A stretch of 22,016 nucleotides of DNA from Candidatus Methylomirabilota bacterium (GTDB taxonomy: Bacteria > Methylomirabilota > Methylomirabilia > Rokubacteriales > CSP1-6): assembly GCA_046726415.1 (NCBI GenBank), contig JBKPAK010000039.1, positions 1-22,016 on the forward strand. The letters are read 5' to 3'. Every line of letters begins with the position of its first letter. Positions within the stretch are counted from its first letter, which is position 1. The position numbers were made by a program, and so were the translations under genes. Of the stretch, positions 19,306 to 22,016 are shown in pieces. The notes under the pieces are model-generated. The model saw only the letters and a program-made list of their open reading frames with translations, did no database searches and was not told where the DNA came from.

Positions 19306-19491
19306 GCGGGCAAGGGTGGCCCGAGCCGGCCTCAGGGCCGCGAGCCCAACAACCACCGCGGCATGGTGTTTGGCGTCATAGTGTCTGAACCGTGACAGTG
19401 CCTGTAGGAATTGCCTGGGTAATCGGTCACCCACTTGGGAGTCATGGCTTGAGGAATCAATGAATCCAGATCCTTAGGGCGCAAGGGTCGC

Positions 19492-19507
19492 TGGCAAATC
19501 TTTTGCC
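19492..19507 (+). promoter_or_regulatory. Candidate sigma54-type promoter (-24/-12) or palindromic operator
   Basis: TGGCAAATCTTTTGC has GG-N10-GC spacing; it is also the inverted repeat GGCAAA-N3-TTTGCC. About 50 bp upstream of ATG 19560. Confidence 0.4.
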
Positions 19508-19559
19508 CACATTGCTGGCCAGTCAGCGACAAAAAATGTCCCGAAGGACGCCGAAACGC

Positions 19560-22016
19560 ATGAGTTCGCTCGAGGTTTCGACCTCCGTTGGAGTCCAGCC
19601 CCACTCGATCCCCACCACAACCCCTTTCCCAACCCGTTTCACCAGCCGCCCGCAGGTCGCCGGCAAGTTCCTCTGCGTCAACGATCAGAAACTCTGGGTG
19701 CGAGGAGTCACCTACGGCACGTTTCGCCCAGACGAACGCGGCAATCACTATGGTGCTCCCGACAGAGTGCGGAGCGACTTCGAGTCCATCGCCGCTCACG
19801 GCTTCAATGCCTTGCGCACCTACACGGTCCCGCCCCGATGGCTGCTGGATCTAGCGCTGGAACATGGGCTCTACGCCATGGTGGGTCTGCCCTGGGAGCA
19901 ACACATTGCCTTCCTCGACGGTGAGACCCGGTCCCGGAACATCGAGCGCCAGGTCCGACAAGGCGTCCGCGGGTGCGCCAAGCATCCGGCGATTCTCTGT
20001 TATGCCGTGGGCAATGAGATTCCGTCGAGTATCGTGCGCTGGCATGGGGCCCGCCGTGTCGGGCGCTTCGTGACGCGGCTTGCTGACGCCGCCCATGAGG
20101 AGGACCCGGGGGCGCTCGTCACCTACGTCAACTTCCCCTCCACCGAGTACCTCGATCCAGCGGGGCTCGACCTTCTGTGCTTCAATGTCTACCTGGAGTC
20201 GCAGCAGCGCCTCGATGGCTACCTGGCTCGCCTGCAGAACCTCGCCGGAGACCGGCCCCTGCTCATGGGTGAAATAGGCTTCGATAGCCACTGGGCCGGT
20301 GAAGAGACGCAGGCGCGCGTTCTCGAATGGCAGGTGCAGACGGCGTTTGGCGCTGGCTGCGCGGGCGCCTTCCTCTACGCCTGGACGGACGAGTGGTACC
20401 GGGGCGGCTACGACATCGAAGACTGGGACTTCGGCCTCACGCGCCGCGACCGAGCGCCGAAGGCGGCCCTCGCCCGTGTGCGCGGCGCGCTTCAAGAGCT
20501 GCCCATCGCTCGCCCGCGCCACTCCTGGCCGTCCATTTCGGTGGTGGTGTGTAGCTACAACGGCTCCGCCACCATCGCCGATTGCCTGGACGGGCTCTCG
20601 CGTCTCGACTATCCAGACTACGAGATCCTCGTCATCGACGATGGTTCCACCGACGCCACCGCACAGATCGCGCGGTCATTCGGCGTTGGCCTGATCAGTA
20701 CGCCTAACCGGGGCTTGAGCCAGGCTCGTAACACGGGACTCCGGGCCGCCAAGGGCGAAATCGTGGCCTACACCGACGATGACGCGCGACCCGATCCTCA
20801 CTGGCTGACCTATCTCGCCGACATGTTCCTGCGCACCGAGCACGTGGGGGTCGGCGGTCCTAATATCGCTCCGTCTGGCGATGGTCCCATCGCCGATTGC
20901 GTAGCCCATGCCCCCGGCGGTCCCGTGCACGTGTTGCTGTCGGACCAGGAGGCCGAGCACATTCCCGGATGCAACATGGCGTTCCGCCGCGAGGCCCTCG
21001 AGGCGATCGGCGGTTTCGATCCGCGCTTTCGAACGGCCGGCGACGACGTGGACATTTGCTGGCGCCTGCAGGAGCGCGGCGGGACACTCGGATTCCACGC
21101 TGGGGCCATGGTTTGGCATCATCGCCGCAACTCCCTCCGGGCCTACTGGCGCCAGCAGATAGGGTACGGACGGGCCGAAGCGTTGCTCGAGCAGAAGTGG
21201 CCTGATAAGTACAACACGTGCGGGCATCTCGCCTGGGCTGGTCGCATGTATGGCAAAGGACTGGCGGAGGCGCTAGGCTGGAGCGTGGGACGCATCTATC
21301 ACGGCGTGTGGGGCAGCGCATTCTTCCAGCGCATCTATCAGAAAGAGCCGGGGACCTTGGCGTTCCTGCCGCTGATGCCGGAGTGGTACCTGGCGGTCCT
21401 TCTGCTCGCTGCGCTCTCGGGACTGGGAGCGCTGTGGGCGCCCTTGCGCCTGGCCTGGCCACTCCTGGCGGTGGCCGCCAGCCTGCCCGTGCTCCAGGCG
21501 TTCCGCGCGGCGTCGCGGGCGCGCTTCACCACACCCACCTCCACTCGCGCTGAGCGAGCGCGGCTGGTGGCGCTCACCGCCGCACTGCACTTGATCCAGC
21601 CCGCTGCGCGGTTACAGGGACGGCTATGGCACGGACTGACGCCGTGGCGTCGCGCGAGCACCGCCCGCTTCGAAATCCCGCTGGCCCGGCGACTGCGCGT
21701 GTGGAGCGAGAAGTGGTTTGCGCCCGAGGATTGGCTCCACCGGGCCGAGTCCGCGCTGCGCACGGCCGGGAGGCGAGTGGCGCGCGGGTCGGCCTGGGAC
21801 CGCTGGGACCTCGAGGTGACCGGAGGACTGCTCGGCGGCGCTCGCCTGCGAATGGCCGTCGAAGAACACGGTGCCGGGCGGCAGCTCATCCGGTTCAAGG
21901 TGTGGCCACGCTGGTCGGCGATAACCCTGGGAACCCTCGCGCTGCTCGCGCTGTTGACCACCATGGCGGTGGCCGGTCAGGCCTGGGTGCCAGCGACTGT
22001 GCTCGGAGCGGGCTTG
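19560..22016 (+). CDS. Glycoside hydrolase clan GH-A (GH2/GH5-like) TIM barrel fused to a family 2 glycosyltransferase with C-terminal membrane helices; 3'-truncated by the window
   Basis: Manual translation: MSSLEV..AGKFLCV..VRGVTYGTF..GFNALRTY..YAVGNEIP..FNVY..LLMGEIG..AWTDEW..SVVVCSYNG..VIDDGSTD..NRGLSQARNTG..YTDDD..GCNMAFRR..GGFD..GDDVD. At least 819 codons; absent from the track, consistent with having no in-window stop. Confidence 0.9.
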   Translation, partial: MSSLEVSTSVGVQPHSIPTTTPFPTRFTSRPQVAGKFLCVNDQKLWVRGVTYGTFRPDERGNHYGAPDRVRSDFESIAAHGFNALRTYTVPPRWLLDLALEHGLYAMVGLPWEQHIAFLDGETRSRNIERQVRQGVRGCAKHPAILCYAVGNEIPSSIVRWHGARRVGRFVTRLADAAHEEDPGALVTYVNFPSTEYLDPAGLDLLCFNVYLESQQRLDGYLARLQNLAGDRPLLMGEIGFDSHWAGEETQARVLEWQVQTAFGAGCAGAFLYAWTDEWYRGGYDIEDWDFGLTRRDRAPKAALARVRGALQELPIARPRHSWPSISVVVCSYNGSATIADCLDGLSRLDYPDYEILVIDDGSTDATAQIARSFGVGLISTPNRGLSQARNTGLRAAKGEIVAYTDDDARPDPHWLTYLADMFLRTEHVGVGGPNIAPSGDGPIADCVAHAPGGPVHVLLSDQEAEHIPGCNMAFRREALEAIGGFDPRFRTAGDDVDICWRLQERGGTLGFHAGAMVWHHRRNSLRAYWRQQIGYGRAEALLEQKWPDKYNTCGHLAWAGRMYGKGLAEALGWSVGRIYHGVWGSAFFQRIYQKEPGTLAFLPLMPEWYLAVLLLAALSGLGALWAPLRLAWPLLAVAASLPVLQAFRAASRARFTTPTSTRAERARLVALTAALHLIQPAARLQGRLWHGLTPWRRASTARFEIPLARRLRVWSEKWFAPEDWLHRAESALRTAGRRVARGSAWDRWDLEVTGGLLGGARLRMAVEEHGAGRQLIRFKVWPRWSAITLGTLALLALLTTMAVAGQAWVPATVLGAGL

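Noticed and set aside
19588..21964. Numerous short track ORFs in the right-hand 2.4 kb
   Set aside because: All are explained as alternate frames of the single open GH/GT2 frame starting at 19560.

Overview
GC-rich bacterial window in which all real genes lie on the + strand. In order it holds: (1) the end of a LivH/LivM-type ABC operon followed by a MenB/BadI-like crotonase; (2) a secreted hypothetical protein and a solitary family-3 solute-binding lipoprotein; (3) a near-consensus sigma70 promoter heading about 14 kb made of two diverged, back-to-back cassettes, each with one acyl-CoA ligase and a complete LIV-type ABC transporter, in different gene orders; (4) a probably exported group I truncated hemoglobin with an N-terminal Cys-bracketed loop and an apolar distal pocket; (5) a GH-A TIM-barrel/GT2 fusion gene that runs off the right edge and is missing from the supplied ORF track. 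Several gene junctions carry GC-rich REP-like hairpins. Two of these sit at the same position in both cassettes with matching flanks but different stems, and one appears to be translated in frame. There are also two exact ~50-bp tandem duplications. No rRNA, tRNA, CRISPR array or transposase was recognised. Family assignments come from motif recognition by eye, not from database searches.
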